A DNA stretch of 64,000 nt from Corallococcus sp. EGB (GTDB lineage: Bacteria; Myxococcota; Myxococcia; Myxococcales; Myxococcaceae). The notes beneath the pieces were generated by a model, which worked only from the letters and a program-made list of their open reading frames with translations, searched no databases and was not told the origin of the DNA. This document shows, piece by piece, positions 1 through 10,093 of this stretch. The stretch is taken from NCBI RefSeq assembly GCF_019968905.1, contig NZ_CP079946.1:5665356-5729355 (forward strand). Reading direction: 5' to 3'. Both the position numbers and the translations under genes were made by a program. Within the stretch, counting starts at the first letter, position 1. Each line of letters starts with the position of its first letter.

Positions 1-531
1 CCACCGCACCGGCGGCACGGAGCGCGGCAGCAGCGCGATGGGGCCTGAGTAGCGCGGCGACTCGCGCGTGGGCGTGGAGCCGTCCTGCGTGAAGTACGTC
101 CGCAGCCCCGGCGCCGTGGGCAGCGCGAGCAGCGTCTCCGGCTGATAGAGCCCCGGCTGCGCGTCGAACGTCAGGTGCTGGAAGTCGACGCGGGCCCGCG
201 CCTCGGCGCCCTGCCTGTCGCGCGCCACCACCTCCACGGTCAGCGCGCGCCGGCCCGGCCACCACGGCAGGCTCCAGCGGCCGCTGTCCAGGTCCGCGTA
301 CCCCAGGAACCGCCCGTCCTCGTACACCTCCACCCGGGCCCCGCCCGCGTCGGTCGCCACCGTGCCGAACAGCCGGTGCGTGTCCGGCGCGTGCCCGTCG
401 ATGGTGACGTGCGGTCCCGAGGGCCGTGGAAGGTCGGCCTCGTTCAGTCGGCGCTCGGGCTCCGGCGCACAGGCGGGCCCGACAAGGGCGATGAGACCAA
501 CGAGGAGGAAGGTCGAGGAACGAAGGCGCAT
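1..531 (-). CDS. Partial lipoprotein; the N-terminus is in the window and the C-terminus runs off the window start. Signal peptide MRLRSSTFLLVGLIALVGPAC (lipobox-like). A FTQDGSTPTRESPRYSGPI motif resembles chitobiase/Fn3-like C-terminal domains.
   Basis: Reverse-strand translation from the ATG complement at 529-531 gives a clean signal peptide and GC3-rich codons. No stop occurs before position 1. Confidence 0.5.
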   Translation of the reverse strand, partial: MRLRSSTFLLVGLIALVGPACAPEPERRLNEADLPRPSGPHVTIDGHAPDTHRLFGTVATDAGGARVEVYEDGRFLGYADLDSGRWSLPWWPGRRALTVEVVARDRQGAEARARVDFQHLTFDAQPGLYQPETLLALPTAPGLRTYFTQDGSTPTRESPRYSGPIALLPRSVPPVRW

Positions 532-606
532 GGGCGACTCCGTCCTTTACCAGACAAACCTTTGAGCTCCCACCGTCTTCCGACACGGTGCGGCGGGAGG
601 CCCCCT

Positions 607-1329
607 TCACGCAGGGGGCGCGGCGGCCTCCAACAGGCCGTGCTTCTGGAGGAGCGCGGCCAGTGCCGGCGGCGCGAGCATCCAGTCCTCGCGCGTGGGC
701 ACCCAGCGCACGGGGGCACCGGCTGCGGCGAGCCGCGCGTTCACCTCCGCGATCATCGGGGCGAAGGTGGGCTGGGGCTTGTCCCAGCTCCCCACGCCCG
801 CGGCAATCTCCACGGCGCCGGGCTCCACGCGCACCGCGGGCTGGCCCTGCACCGGCTGGATGGCGAAGCCCGGGAGGTACGGCTGCATGGCGGCGGACAG
901 CCGCTCCAGCAGCGAGGGGTCCTCGAAGGGGTGGGCGCCCTCCGGGTCGAAGAAGGTGGGCAGCTGCGTCTGGAGCGCGTCGCGCAGCGGATCCTCCTTG
1001 CTGTCGCGCCAGGCGTGCTCCGCCAGGACGCGGGCCTCGTGGGGCACGCGGATCTCCCAGCGCTCCAGCAGCGCGAGCAGCTCCGCCACGCGCTCCACCT
1101 CCTCCCAGGGGGGCTCCACGCGCTTGAGCCAGGACACCTCCGACACCGTCTGGCCCCGGCGCAGGCCCGTCACGCGGTCTCCCTTGCGCAGCTGGAAGGG
1201 CGGCGCGTGGCTGAACTCCGGATCCGGATAGAGGGCGGTATGGAACACCCCCTGCCCCTCTTCCGGGCGCACGCGCGCGAAGCCGTGCTTGGGGTTGGTC
1301 TCCTCCACGACGAACGTCTCCTGGGCCAT
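607..1329 (-). CDS. Hypothetical cytoplasmic protein (240 aa)
   Basis: ORF with balanced, non-repetitive composition (MAQETFVVEETNPKHGF...), unlike the Arg-rich antisense ORFs. Tightly packed upstream of ppc. Confidence 0.5.
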   Translation of the reverse strand: MAQETFVVEETNPKHGFARVRPEEGQGVFHTALYPDPEFSHAPPFQLRKGDRVTGLRRGQTVSEVSWLKRVEPPWEEVERVAELLALLERWEIRVPHEARVLAEHAWRDSKEDPLRDALQTQLPTFFDPEGAHPFEDPSLLERLSAAMQPYLPGFAIQPVQGQPAVRVEPGAVEIAAGVGSWDKPQPTFAPMIAEVNARLAAAGAPVRWVPTREDWMLAPPALAALLQKHGLLEAAAPPA

Positions 1330-1339
1330 GGTGCCTTCT

Positions 1340-4009
1340 CTAACCGGTGTTCCGCATGCCCGCAGCGATGCCGTTGAGCGCCAGCAGGAGCGGCCGGTCG
1401 CACTCGCCGTCCCCGTCCCGCTTGCGCTTGAGCAGCTCCACCTGGAGGAAGGACATGGGGTCCACGTAGGGGTTGCGCAGCGCGATGCTCCGCTGCAGCT
1501 GCGGGTTGTTGTCGAGCAGCTTCGCCTCCCCGGTGAGCGACTTCACCGCGCGGCGCGTGCGCGAGTGCTCCTGCTGGATGCGCAGCCACAGGGGCCGCGT
1601 GGACGCGGGGGCGAGCTTCGCGTAGCGCGCCGCGATGGCCATGTCCGTCTTGGCCAGCACCATGGTCACGTTGTCGATGACCGCGTGGAAGAAGGGCCAC
1701 TCCTTGTACATGCGCTGCAGGAGCGCCGCGCCCCCGGGCGTGGCCGCGTACTCCTCCAGCGCGCTGCCCACGCCGTACCAGGCCGGGAGGATGGCGCGCG
1801 TCTGCGTCCAGGCGAAGCTCCACGGGATGGCGCGCAGCGTCTCCAGTCCGCCCGCCTTGCGCTTGCTGGGGCGCGAGCCGATGGGCAGCGCGGAGATCTC
1901 CTCCACCGGCGTGCCCTGCATGAAGAACTCCACGAAGCGCGGGTCCTCCCAGACGAGCGCGCGGTACGCCTTGCGCCCGGCCTCCGCCAGCGTGTCGAAG
2001 GCGCCGCGGAAGGTGGACTCGTCCTCCGGAGACGGGCGCGGCTGCGCGTCCAGCGTGTGCAGGAGCACGCCGCCCACCACCAGCTCCAGCGTGCGCTGGG
2101 TGAGCTCCGGGCGCGCGTACTTGTGGTCCATCGCCTCGCCCTGTTCGGTGGCCTTGTAGGCGCCGGCCACGGTGCCCGGCGGCAGCGCGAGGATGGCCGT
2201 CTGCGCGGGGCCGCCGCCGCGCGCCACCGTCTCCCCGCGGCCGTGGAACAGGCGCAGGGGCACGTCGTGCTCGTCCGCCACCTGCGTGAGCGCCACCTGG
2301 GCGCGGTACAGCGCGGCGCTCGCGGCGAGCAGGCCCACCTCCTTGCCGGAGTCGCTGTAGCCCACCATCACCTCCTGCACCCCGCGGCTCTTCAGGTGCT
2401 GGCGGTACCCGGGGTGGGCGAAGAGCTGGCGCAGCACGTCCGGCCCGCCATCCAGCGCGCCCAGCTGCTCGAAGAGCGGCGCCACGTCCACGGTGGCGCA
2501 CTGCCTCTCCTCGTCCCAGAGCCCCGCGTGCTTCAGGCACCGGAAGGCGGCCAGCACGTCCTCCGCGGTGGAGGCCATGGAGAGGATGAGCGTGCGGCAG
2601 ACGGACTCGCCGCCCTCGTCCTGCCCTTCGCGCAGCTTCGCCAGCACCTCCAAGAGCCGCTTCCCGCCCTCCGTGGGGGCCGGGCCGCCGTCAAACGACG
2701 CCGCCGCGCTCACCGCGTCCTCCGCGGGCGCGCGCACCTCCAGCTCCCCCAGGCCCAGGCCCAGCGCGCGGACGCGCTCGGACATGCGGCGCACCTCCCG
2801 CAGGCCCGCGTGCTCCGCGCGCGCCGCGAAGAGCGACCGCTCCAGCACCGCCAGGTCCTCCAGCAGCGCCTCCGGCGAGCGGTAGGCCCCGGGTGACAGC
2901 GTGGACGCCCTCCCCTCTCGCCGCGCCAGCACGTGCTCCAGCGCCAGCGTCAGCCGCTCCTCCATGAAGCGCAGCTTGCGGCGCCACGGCTCGCCCAGCG
3001 TGCGCGGGCCCTGCTGCTTCGCCACGTCCGGCAGCGCCTTCGCGTCCTCCTCCAGGGAGCGCTCCAGCTCCTGGGTGGGGCGCGCGTGCCGCTCCGACTG
3101 GGACAGCATCCCGCCCAGCCGCTCCACGTCGCGCAAGAGCAACCGCAGGCCCCGGGCGCGGTGCGCGCGCAGCGTGTCCGCGAACACCTCCGGCGTCACC
3201 AGCGGGTTGCCGTCCATGTCGCCGCCCACCCACGAGTGCACGCGCACGGGCGTGTCCAGCGCGCCCAGGGGCTCGCCGTAGGCGCGCTCGAAGGCCCAGT
3301 CCAGCGCCTCCGGCAGCCGGGCCACCGGCTCCGCCAGCATCTCCTCCACGTACCAGTGGACGTTCTTCACCTCGTCGCCCACGGTGGGGCGCGCGCGGCG
3401 CAGTTCGTCCGTCTGCCAGAGCGCGGTGATCTCCTCGCGCATCGCGGTGAGGTTCGCGGCGGCCTCGCGCGGCGTGAGCGAGCACCGGTCGCGCTCCTCC
3501 AGCAGCTGCGCCAGCCGGTAGAGCTTCTCCAAGAGCGTGCGCCGCACCGCCTGGGTCGGGTGCGCGGTGAACGTGAGCGTCACCTTCAGCGTCCCCAGCG
3601 CTTCACGCACCTTGTCAGCGCTCACGCCCGCGGCCTTCAGCGTCAGCAGTGTGGCCTCCAACGACCCCTTCTGCGGCCGGGTGGCGGTGGGGCTCGCGTG
3701 GGCCCGCGCGCGGCGGATGCGGTGGTGCTGCTCCGCCAGGTTCACCAGCTGGAAGTAGACGGAGAAGGCGCGCAGCACCGGCTCCACCTGCTCCGACGGC
3801 AGCCGCCGCAAAACCGCCGCCAGCTCCGCCGCCGCGGCGCGTCGTCCGGCCACCGGCCCCCGCCGACGCTGGATGGCCAGCTGGCGGACCTCCTCCTCCT
3901 TGTCGAAGAGGGCCTGGCCCTCCTGCTCCACCAGCACCTCACCCAAGAGCCGGCCCAAGAGCCGGACATCCCGCCGCAGCGGGGGATCCACGGGACGTGA
4001 ACGCGCCAT
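1340..4009 (-). CDS. ppc: Phosphoenolpyruvate carboxylase
   Basis: 889 aa. Conserved PEPC motifs are present (VMVGYSDSGKE, the HPTQ region, and the C-terminal ...GMRNTG). Confidence 0.95.
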   Translation of the reverse strand: MARSRPVDPPLRRDVRLLGRLLGEVLVEQEGQALFDKEEEVRQLAIQRRRGPVAGRRAAAAELAAVLRRLPSEQVEPVLRAFSVYFQLVNLAEQHHRIRRARAHASPTATRPQKGSLEATLLTLKAAGVSADKVREALGTLKVTLTFTAHPTQAVRRTLLEKLYRLAQLLEERDRCSLTPREAAANLTAMREEITALWQTDELRRARPTVGDEVKNVHWYVEEMLAEPVARLPEALDWAFERAYGEPLGALDTPVRVHSWVGGDMDGNPLVTPEVFADTLRAHRARGLRLLLRDVERLGGMLSQSERHARPTQELERSLEEDAKALPDVAKQQGPRTLGEPWRRKLRFMEERLTLALEHVLARREGRASTLSPGAYRSPEALLEDLAVLERSLFAARAEHAGLREVRRMSERVRALGLGLGELEVRAPAEDAVSAAASFDGGPAPTEGGKRLLEVLAKLREGQDEGGESVCRTLILSMASTAEDVLAAFRCLKHAGLWDEERQCATVDVAPLFEQLGALDGGPDVLRQLFAHPGYRQHLKSRGVQEVMVGYSDSGKEVGLLAASAALYRAQVALTQVADEHDVPLRLFHGRGETVARGGGPAQTAILALPPGTVAGAYKATEQGEAMDHKYARPELTQRTLELVVGGVLLHTLDAQPRPSPEDESTFRGAFDTLAEAGRKAYRALVWEDPRFVEFFMQGTPVEEISALPIGSRPSKRKAGGLETLRAIPWSFAWTQTRAILPAWYGVGSALEEYAATPGGAALLQRMYKEWPFFHAVIDNVTMVLAKTDMAIAARYAKLAPASTRPLWLRIQQEHSRTRRAVKSLTGEAKLLDNNPQLQRSIALRNPYVDPMSFLQVELLKRKRDGDGECDRPLLLALNGIAAGMRNTG

Positions 4010-4204
4010 AACGGACCGGAACCGTAGTCCCTCGCCCCCGGCCCCCTCCTACCCATTCTTGAATTTTCGCCCGCCAGCCGACGGATGACCCACTCCGTCC
4101 TTGCAGGAAAAATTTAACCACCCGGTCTTCCCAAAAGGGCAGGGCTTCCATTAGAAACTGGGCCTTCCCGGACCCCACCGGGATGTCTGACCAGACCCCA
4201 AGGA

Positions 4205-6571
4205 GTGGCAATGCGGAAAAACCCGTCTTGGCTGGCCATTGGCCTGCTCGCACTCGCCGCGCCATCCGCCTACGCGGAGCGTGCGTGGTACGAGAAGCCG
4301 CAACCGGACATCGCCCCGACCCAGAAGTCGGCGGGGCTGCGCTCTTCGTCGGTGGTCCAGGACATCACGGATGACCTGCCCCACCGTCTGGGCGAGCAGC
4401 AGAAGGAGCTGAAGGCGCAGGCGCTGAGGGAGCGGCTGGAGGGTCGCGGTCAGCCCGGCAAGGTGCAGAAGCTGGCGAACGGCAAGTTCGTGGAGCTCGG
4501 GCTGGAGCGCACGGACCGCATCTTCGTCATCCTGGTGGAGTACGGCACGCAGATCCACCCGGTGTTCGGCAACCCCGCCACCAACCCGGGCGGCAACATC
4601 CCCGGCCCGCTGCACAACCAGATTCCGGCCCCGGACCGCGCGGTGAACAACACCACCATCTGGCAGCCGGACTACAACCGCGAGCACTTCGAGAAGCTCT
4701 ACTTCGACACGACGCCGGGCGCGGACTCGGTGGCGAACTACTACAAGGCCGCGTCGTCCGGCCGCTACACCGTGTCCGGCACGGTGTCCGAGTGGGTGAA
4801 GGTGCCGTACAACTCCGCCCGCTACGGCAACAACCTGTGCGGCAGCTCCAACTGCTCCAACTCCGTGTGGCCGCTCATCAGCGACGCCATCAAGGTGTGG
4901 ACGAATGATCAGCTGGCCGCCGGCAAGACGCCCGCGGAGATCAAGGCGTACCTGGACACGTTCGACACGTGGGACCGGTACGACTACGACGGCGACGGCG
5001 ACTTCAACGAGCCGGACGGCTACATCGACCACTTCCAGATCGTCCACGCCGGCATGGGTGAGGAGGTCGGCGGCGGCGCGCAGGGCCCCAACGCCGTGTG
5101 GAGCCACCGCTGGTTCGCGTACAGCACGGGCCTGGGCCCGGATGGCGCCGGCCCCGCGTGGAACCCGAACGGCGGCGCGCGCTTCGGGCCGGGCGTGGAC
5201 AAGTGGGTGGGCGACTACACCATCCAGCCGGAGAACGGCGGGCTGGGCGTGTTCGCGCACGAGTTCGGCCACGACCTGGGCCTGCCGGACCACTACGACA
5301 CGACGAACGCGGCGGACAACGGGACGGGCTTCTGGACCATCATGTCGTCCGGCTCGTACCTGAACGACGGCACCACGGACATCGGCAGCCGTCCGGGTGA
5401 CTTCTTCGCCTGGGACAAGCTTCAGCTGGGCTGGCTGGACTACGCCAGCACGGCGGCGGGCCTGTACTCGTACCACAACCTGGGCCCCGCGGAGTTCACC
5501 TCGGCGAACGCGAAGCAGGCGCTCGTGGTGAAGCTGCCCGGCAAGCCCGTCGCGCAGCCCACCACCGCGCCGTGGGAGGGCCAGGGCATGTGGCAGGGCG
5601 GCCAGGGCAACAACCTGGACCGCGTGCTGGAGAAGACGGTGAAGCTGCCCAACAAGAAGCCCATCACCTTCTCCTTCCAGACCTGGTTCGACATCGAGGA
5701 GGACTGGGACTACGGCTACGTCGCGCTCTCCGTGGAGGGGGGCCCGTTCGTGAACCTGCCCAGCGCGGTCAGCCGCAACACGAACCCCTTCGGCAACAAC
5801 CTGGGCAACGGCATTACCGGCAAGTCGGCCGGGTGGGTCCCGCTGGAGTTCGACCTGTCCGCCTACGCGGGCAAGACCGTCACCGTGAAGATCCGCTACA
5901 AGACGGACGGGGCGGAGTTCGGCAAGGGCTTCCTGGTGGACTTCGTGCAGCTGTGGGCGAAGAACACCTACGTCTTTGGTGACGACGGCGAGTGGGGCCA
6001 CAAGTGGTGGGACAAGTCGACGTTCTTCCCCACGGACGGCACCAACACCTTCTACGACCACTACTACCTGGCCGAGTGGCGTCAGTTCCGCGGCTACGAC
6101 GAGGGGCTGGCCACGGGTCCCTACAACTACGGCTTCAGCGCGGATGGCCTGGGGAACTGGGCGGAGCGCTACTCCTACAACCCCGGCCTGCTCGTCACCT
6201 ACTGGGACACGTCGCAGCTGAACAACAACGTGTCGCAGCACCCGGGCGCGGGCCGCATCCTGCCCATCGACGCCCGCCCGCAGCCCCTGCAGCGCAGCGA
6301 CGGCCGCTACTGGTCCGGCCGCGTGCAGACGCACGACGCGACGTTCGGTCTGGACCCCAGCTTCCCGCTGTCGCTCAAGCCCAACGGCTTCCCGCGCAAC
6401 GACTACCCCTCGCAGCCCGCGGTGCCGGTGTTCAACGACACGAACGAGTTCTGGTACGCCTCGCAGCCGTACGGCGGCGTGAAGGTCCCGAAGACGGGCA
6501 CCATCATCGAGGTGCTGTCGGTGAACCCGAGCGAGACCGTGATGGAGGTCCAGGTGCGTCCGGTCGAGTGA
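4205..6571 (+). CDS. Secreted M6-family zinc metalloprotease (immune inhibitor A / InhA-like)
   Basis: Signal peptide MAMRKNPSWLAIGLLALAAPSAYA. HEXXH zinc motif HEFGHDLGLPDHYD. Overall M6 peptidase architecture of about 788 aa. A GGAG RBS sits before the ATG. Confidence 0.9.
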   Translation: MAMRKNPSWLAIGLLALAAPSAYAERAWYEKPQPDIAPTQKSAGLRSSSVVQDITDDLPHRLGEQQKELKAQALRERLEGRGQPGKVQKLANGKFVELGLERTDRIFVILVEYGTQIHPVFGNPATNPGGNIPGPLHNQIPAPDRAVNNTTIWQPDYNREHFEKLYFDTTPGADSVANYYKAASSGRYTVSGTVSEWVKVPYNSARYGNNLCGSSNCSNSVWPLISDAIKVWTNDQLAAGKTPAEIKAYLDTFDTWDRYDYDGDGDFNEPDGYIDHFQIVHAGMGEEVGGGAQGPNAVWSHRWFAYSTGLGPDGAGPAWNPNGGARFGPGVDKWVGDYTIQPENGGLGVFAHEFGHDLGLPDHYDTTNAADNGTGFWTIMSSGSYLNDGTTDIGSRPGDFFAWDKLQLGWLDYASTAAGLYSYHNLGPAEFTSANAKQALVVKLPGKPVAQPTTAPWEGQGMWQGGQGNNLDRVLEKTVKLPNKKPITFSFQTWFDIEEDWDYGYVALSVEGGPFVNLPSAVSRNTNPFGNNLGNGITGKSAGWVPLEFDLSAYAGKTVTVKIRYKTDGAEFGKGFLVDFVQLWAKNTYVFGDDGEWGHKWWDKSTFFPTDGTNTFYDHYYLAEWRQFRGYDEGLATGPYNYGFSADGLGNWAERYSYNPGLLVTYWDTSQLNNNVSQHPGAGRILPIDARPQPLQRSDGRYWSGRVQTHDATFGLDPSFPLSLKPNGFPRNDYPSQPAVPVFNDTNEFWYASQPYGGVKVPKTGTIIEVLSVNPSETVMEVQVRPVE

Positions 6572-6604
6572 GCGCCTGACCGGCGTCACCGCCGAGCCGC
6601 AGGG

Positions 6605-6640
6605 GAAGGCCGGTCCCGCTTCGACGCGGGGCCGGCCTTT
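6605..6640 (+). terminator. GC-rich hairpin downstream of the M6 protease stop (putative intrinsic terminator)
   Basis: Arms gaaggccggtcccg / cggggccggcctt form a 13-14 bp stem with one mismatch, followed by tt. Confidence 0.35.
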
Positions 6641-6676
6641 CGCGTTCGTGGGGACAGCCTCCGCGGGACCTGTAGG

Positions 6677-9031
6677 ATGGGGCCGCTCGTGAATGCTCCG
6701 TCCGCGCCGCCGCTCGCGTCCCGTCCCTGGTTCGTCCCGGGGGTGCTCGGGCTCCTGTGCCTCTTCCACATCGTCCTGGGGCTGACCCTGCTGCCCGCAT
6801 GGATGTTCGGGAAGTATCCGGACAGCGCGCGCATGCTGGCCCAGGGGACGCTGTCCCCGGAGCAGGGTGCGGACTTCAGCCCGCTCTACCTGCTGCTCAA
6901 CGTGCTGGTGTCGCCCGGGCCCTTGCGCGTCCTGCAGAGCCTGGCGGGCGCGGCGGGGCTGTGGGCCGTGTACGTGCTGGGCGCTCGGCTGGTGTCGCGC
7001 GCGGCGGGGCTGGTGGCGGCGGCGCTCCTGGCGGTGACGGTGCCGGTGCTGCTGTACGAAGCGACGCTGGAGCCCGACCTGCTGGTGATGGTGTTCAACC
7101 TGGCGGCGCTGGCCCTGCTCTCCGCCGCGAGCCCGGGCTTCAGGACTCGCTCCGTGGTGGGCGCGGGCCTGCTGCTGGGACTGTCAGGGGCGACGCGGCC
7201 CACGGGGTTGTTCATCCTGGGGCTCGCGGCGCTGTGGATGGTGCGGGAGGCGTGGGGGCAGCCCGCGCGGCGGGGGCGCTGGCTCGCGCCGGGGCTGCTG
7301 CTGGCCGTGGGGTTCTCGGCGTCCGCGCTGCCGACGCTCGCGGTGCGCGCGAAGGTGGGCTCGCAGGTGGGTGCGACGATGAGCGCGGGCGCGGTGCTGC
7401 ACATGGGCAACCGGCCGGAGGGCACGGGCCTGGGCGCGCAGCCACCCACGCTGCTGAAGCAGTACGAGGCGCAGCTGCGCTCCGTGGATCGTCCGGACTA
7501 CGCCCACCACCTCTACCGCGAGTTCGCGCGCGCGGACGTGGGCCATGCGCTGGCCCCGGCGGACGCGGAGCTGTTCTGGGTGAAGAAGACGTGGGCCTTC
7601 GCGACATGGGAGCCGGGCACGTTCCTGGGGCTCATGGGCCGGAAGCTGGCGTTCTTCCTGTTCGGGCCGGACGGGCACGACCTGGTGGAGGTGCGTCGCG
7701 CGGAGGCGCGGCTGTCCGAGTGGCCGCTGGTGAGCGCGCAGGCGCTGGGGTTGATGGGCTTGGCGGGGCTGCTCGTCGCGCTGATCCGCCGCGAGCGGGT
7801 GGGCTGGGGGGTGCTGTATCTGTTCGCCAGCTCCGTGCTCGCGCTGGGGTTCTACGTGGTGAGCCGCTACCGCGTCGCCGCGCTGCCGGCATGGGCCCTG
7901 TTCGCGGGCGTGGGCGTCGCGGCGGTGTTCCAGGCGCGACAGCGGCCCAGGGCGCTGACGCTGTATGCCGGCCTGACGGCGGCGGTGTTCACGCTGCCGG
8001 TGCTCTTCCCCTTCGTGCGCGACGTGCAGCGGCAGTTCGAGCGCGGCGAGACGAACGCGGCGGATGCCTCCACCCTGGCGTCCGCGCTGGCGGCGGGGCG
8101 CTATGACGAAGCCACGCGCGCGTTCGAGCGCCTCCAGGCGGCGCAGCCCTTCACGGCGATGCTGCGCCCGCTGCGCGGTGTGCCGTTCGAATCTCCCGAG
8201 GTGGCGGCGCGTTCCGCGGCGCTGTCGCTCCAGCGGTTCGGGGCGGACACGCCCATGGACCTCTTCTTCATGGCGGAGCTGGCGCGGCGCGCGGGACACT
8301 GTGAGCAGGCGCTGCCCGCGGCCGAGGCCGCCGCCGAGGCGGGCTTCCGGGGCGTGCTCTATGACACGTCGTTGGATCCGCTGCTGGTGTCCGCCCGGTG
8401 CCGGCTGGCGGCTGGCGAGCGGGAGCGGGCGCTGGCCGACGCGGCGGAGTCCCTGAAACGGCGAGGCGGCACGTTGGACGCGCTGGCGTTCGCGGTCGCG
8501 GGCGCGGAGGCGCTCGGGGATCCTCGTCGCGAGTCGTGGGAGGCGGAGCTGTTCGCGATGCACGACTCCCTGGATGCGCGGCACGCGCGGGCCTCCGAGC
8601 GCCTGGCCTGGGGCAACGCGGCGGGAGCATTGTCGGACGCAGAAGGGGTGCTCGCCCTGTTCCCGGAGCTCTCGCCGACGGAGTACCTCCGGGCGCGGGC
8701 CCTGGCCGCGTTGGGACGGAACGCGGAGGCGCTCCGGTCGTATACCGTCGCGCTGCAGCGCACGCCGAATGCCGCGTTTCCCACCGCCCCCATGGAGGAC
8801 GCGGTGGCGGCGCGCCTCACGGAGGCTCCGGAGGATTGGCGGGTGGTGGCCATCGCCGCGGAGCACCACCTGCGCGCGGGACGGCTGGAACTGGCTCGCG
8901 AGCTGTACGCGCGGGCCTCCGCGCTTTCGCCCAAGGATGCGGGGCTGGCGCGAATCGTCGGGGAGCTGACGGCCGCGACGCCCTCCGGAATCACGGTGCC
9001 ACCGCCCACCCGCGTCCAGGCAACGCCGTGA
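6677..9031 (+). CDS. Polytopic membrane protein with a GT39/PMT_2 (ArnT-like) glycosyltransferase-like N-terminal half and a C-terminal TPR-repeat domain
   Basis: The first ~450 aa contain many hydrophobic helices. The C-terminal ~330 aa are Ala/Leu-rich TPR-like repeats. Confidence 0.6.
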   Translation: MGPLVNAPSAPPLASRPWFVPGVLGLLCLFHIVLGLTLLPAWMFGKYPDSARMLAQGTLSPEQGADFSPLYLLLNVLVSPGPLRVLQSLAGAAGLWAVYVLGARLVSRAAGLVAAALLAVTVPVLLYEATLEPDLLVMVFNLAALALLSAASPGFRTRSVVGAGLLLGLSGATRPTGLFILGLAALWMVREAWGQPARRGRWLAPGLLLAVGFSASALPTLAVRAKVGSQVGATMSAGAVLHMGNRPEGTGLGAQPPTLLKQYEAQLRSVDRPDYAHHLYREFARADVGHALAPADAELFWVKKTWAFATWEPGTFLGLMGRKLAFFLFGPDGHDLVEVRRAEARLSEWPLVSAQALGLMGLAGLLVALIRRERVGWGVLYLFASSVLALGFYVVSRYRVAALPAWALFAGVGVAAVFQARQRPRALTLYAGLTAAVFTLPVLFPFVRDVQRQFERGETNAADASTLASALAAGRYDEATRAFERLQAAQPFTAMLRPLRGVPFESPEVAARSAALSLQRFGADTPMDLFFMAELARRAGHCEQALPAAEAAAEAGFRGVLYDTSLDPLLVSARCRLAAGERERALADAAESLKRRGGTLDALAFAVAGAEALGDPRRESWEAELFAMHDSLDARHARASERLAWGNAAGALSDAEGVLALFPELSPTEYLRARALAALGRNAEALRSYTVALQRTPNAAFPTAPMEDAVAARLTEAPEDWRVVAIAAEHHLRAGRLELARELYARASALSPKDAGLARIVGELTAATPSGITVPPPTRVQATP

Positions 9032-9111
9032 GCCCGGAGTGCTGTCCGGGTTGAAGGAATCCCGACACCCGGCGCACGGCCCTGGACGACGGACGGTCGC
9101 CAGGCACTACG

Positions 9112-10089
9112 GTGGCCGCCATGGCCGAGTGCCCCGTGGGTGGTCCCGCCTCCCCCTCCCCTCCTCCTGAACCTCCCTCCGACGTCGCCGCCGCCGTGGC
9201 GCTGGAGCCCACGGATCCGCTCTCCGTGCTCAACCAGGCGTTCCGCGATGCGTATGCCGCCCGCCGCGAAGCCGTGCTGTCACGCATGGGGCCCGTCATC
9301 GCGCAGATCGACGACGTGCTCATCCTCCGGATGCGCGGTCAGCGCTTCGAAGCCCCCGCACGCTCGCGCCGCTACCACGAATACAAGTCCGTCACCCACG
9401 TCCCCCTCGCGCTCCATGTCCTGCTGGCCGGCCAGAAGGACTCGCTCGATGACGAGACGCGCACGCGGCTCATCACGCTGCGGCGCCTCATCACCGCGTC
9501 GTCCCAGAGCCTGGACACCCGTGGCCTTCCAGCGGACGCCCTGGCCCGGCAGCATCGCCTGCTCGATGCGTCGCTCGCGCTCGTGGACTCCGTGCTCGCC
9601 TCGAACCGCGTGACGCAGGCGGAGCTCTCCGCGTTCATCCACGCCCAGGTGCCGGACCTCATGAAGAACGCCGAGGACGCGGCGAGGGATCAAATCGAAA
9701 CGATGCATGCCTCGGTCGAGGCATGGAAACGCCAGATGACCGCCGAGGAGCGCGGCCAGCTGCGCGCCGTGGTGGCCGCTTCGCACATGTCGCGCCCCGG
9801 CAACGTGGCCGCCCAGTACTTCTCCATCACCCTGGGCGACACCTGGGAGGGCCGCTTCCACGAGGAGGATCCCCACCCCGGCAAGCGCGTGCTCTCCTCC
9901 GAGGCCACGTTCGACGAGCCCGCGGCCTTCGCGCTGCTCGCCACGCACGTGCTGGATGCGCGCACTTCGCGCGGCATCTTCGGCGAGGAGGCGCGCATGG
10001 CCAGGGATCTGCTCGCGGACGCGGCCGAGCGTATCCTCGCGGGCATGTTCCAGACGTCGCCCCAGCCGCCCGGCGCGGCCACGCCCTGA
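9112..10089 (+). CDS. Hypothetical protein (about 322-325 aa)
   Basis: GC3-biased ORF with non-repetitive composition. Starts at GTG 9112 or ATG 9121. Convergent with the histidine kinase gene. Confidence 0.5.
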   Translation: MAAMAECPVGGPASPSPPPEPPSDVAAAVALEPTDPLSVLNQAFRDAYAARREAVLSRMGPVIAQIDDVLILRMRGQRFEAPARSRRYHEYKSVTHVPLALHVLLAGQKDSLDDETRTRLITLRRLITASSQSLDTRGLPADALARQHRLLDASLALVDSVLASNRVTQAELSAFIHAQVPDLMKNAEDAARDQIETMHASVEAWKRQMTAEERGQLRAVVAASHMSRPGNVAAQYFSITLGDTWEGRFHEEDPHPGKRVLSSEATFDEPAAFALLATHVLDARTSRGIFGEEARMARDLLADAAERILAGMFQTSPQPPGAATP

Positions 10090-10093
10090 CGGC

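Noticed and set aside
175-1377. 400-aa plus-strand ORF that is Arg/Ala/Gly/Pro-rich
   Set aside because: It is antisense to two well-supported minus-strand genes and has a low-complexity composition typical of wrong-frame ORFs in 70% GC DNA.
4151-6769. 872-aa minus-strand ORF
   Set aside because: Exactly antisense to the M6 metalloprotease gene. Arg/Val/Ala-dominated with no motifs.
7184-8869. 561-aa minus-strand ORF
   Set aside because: Antisense to the GT39/TPR membrane protein gene. Extremely Arg-rich.
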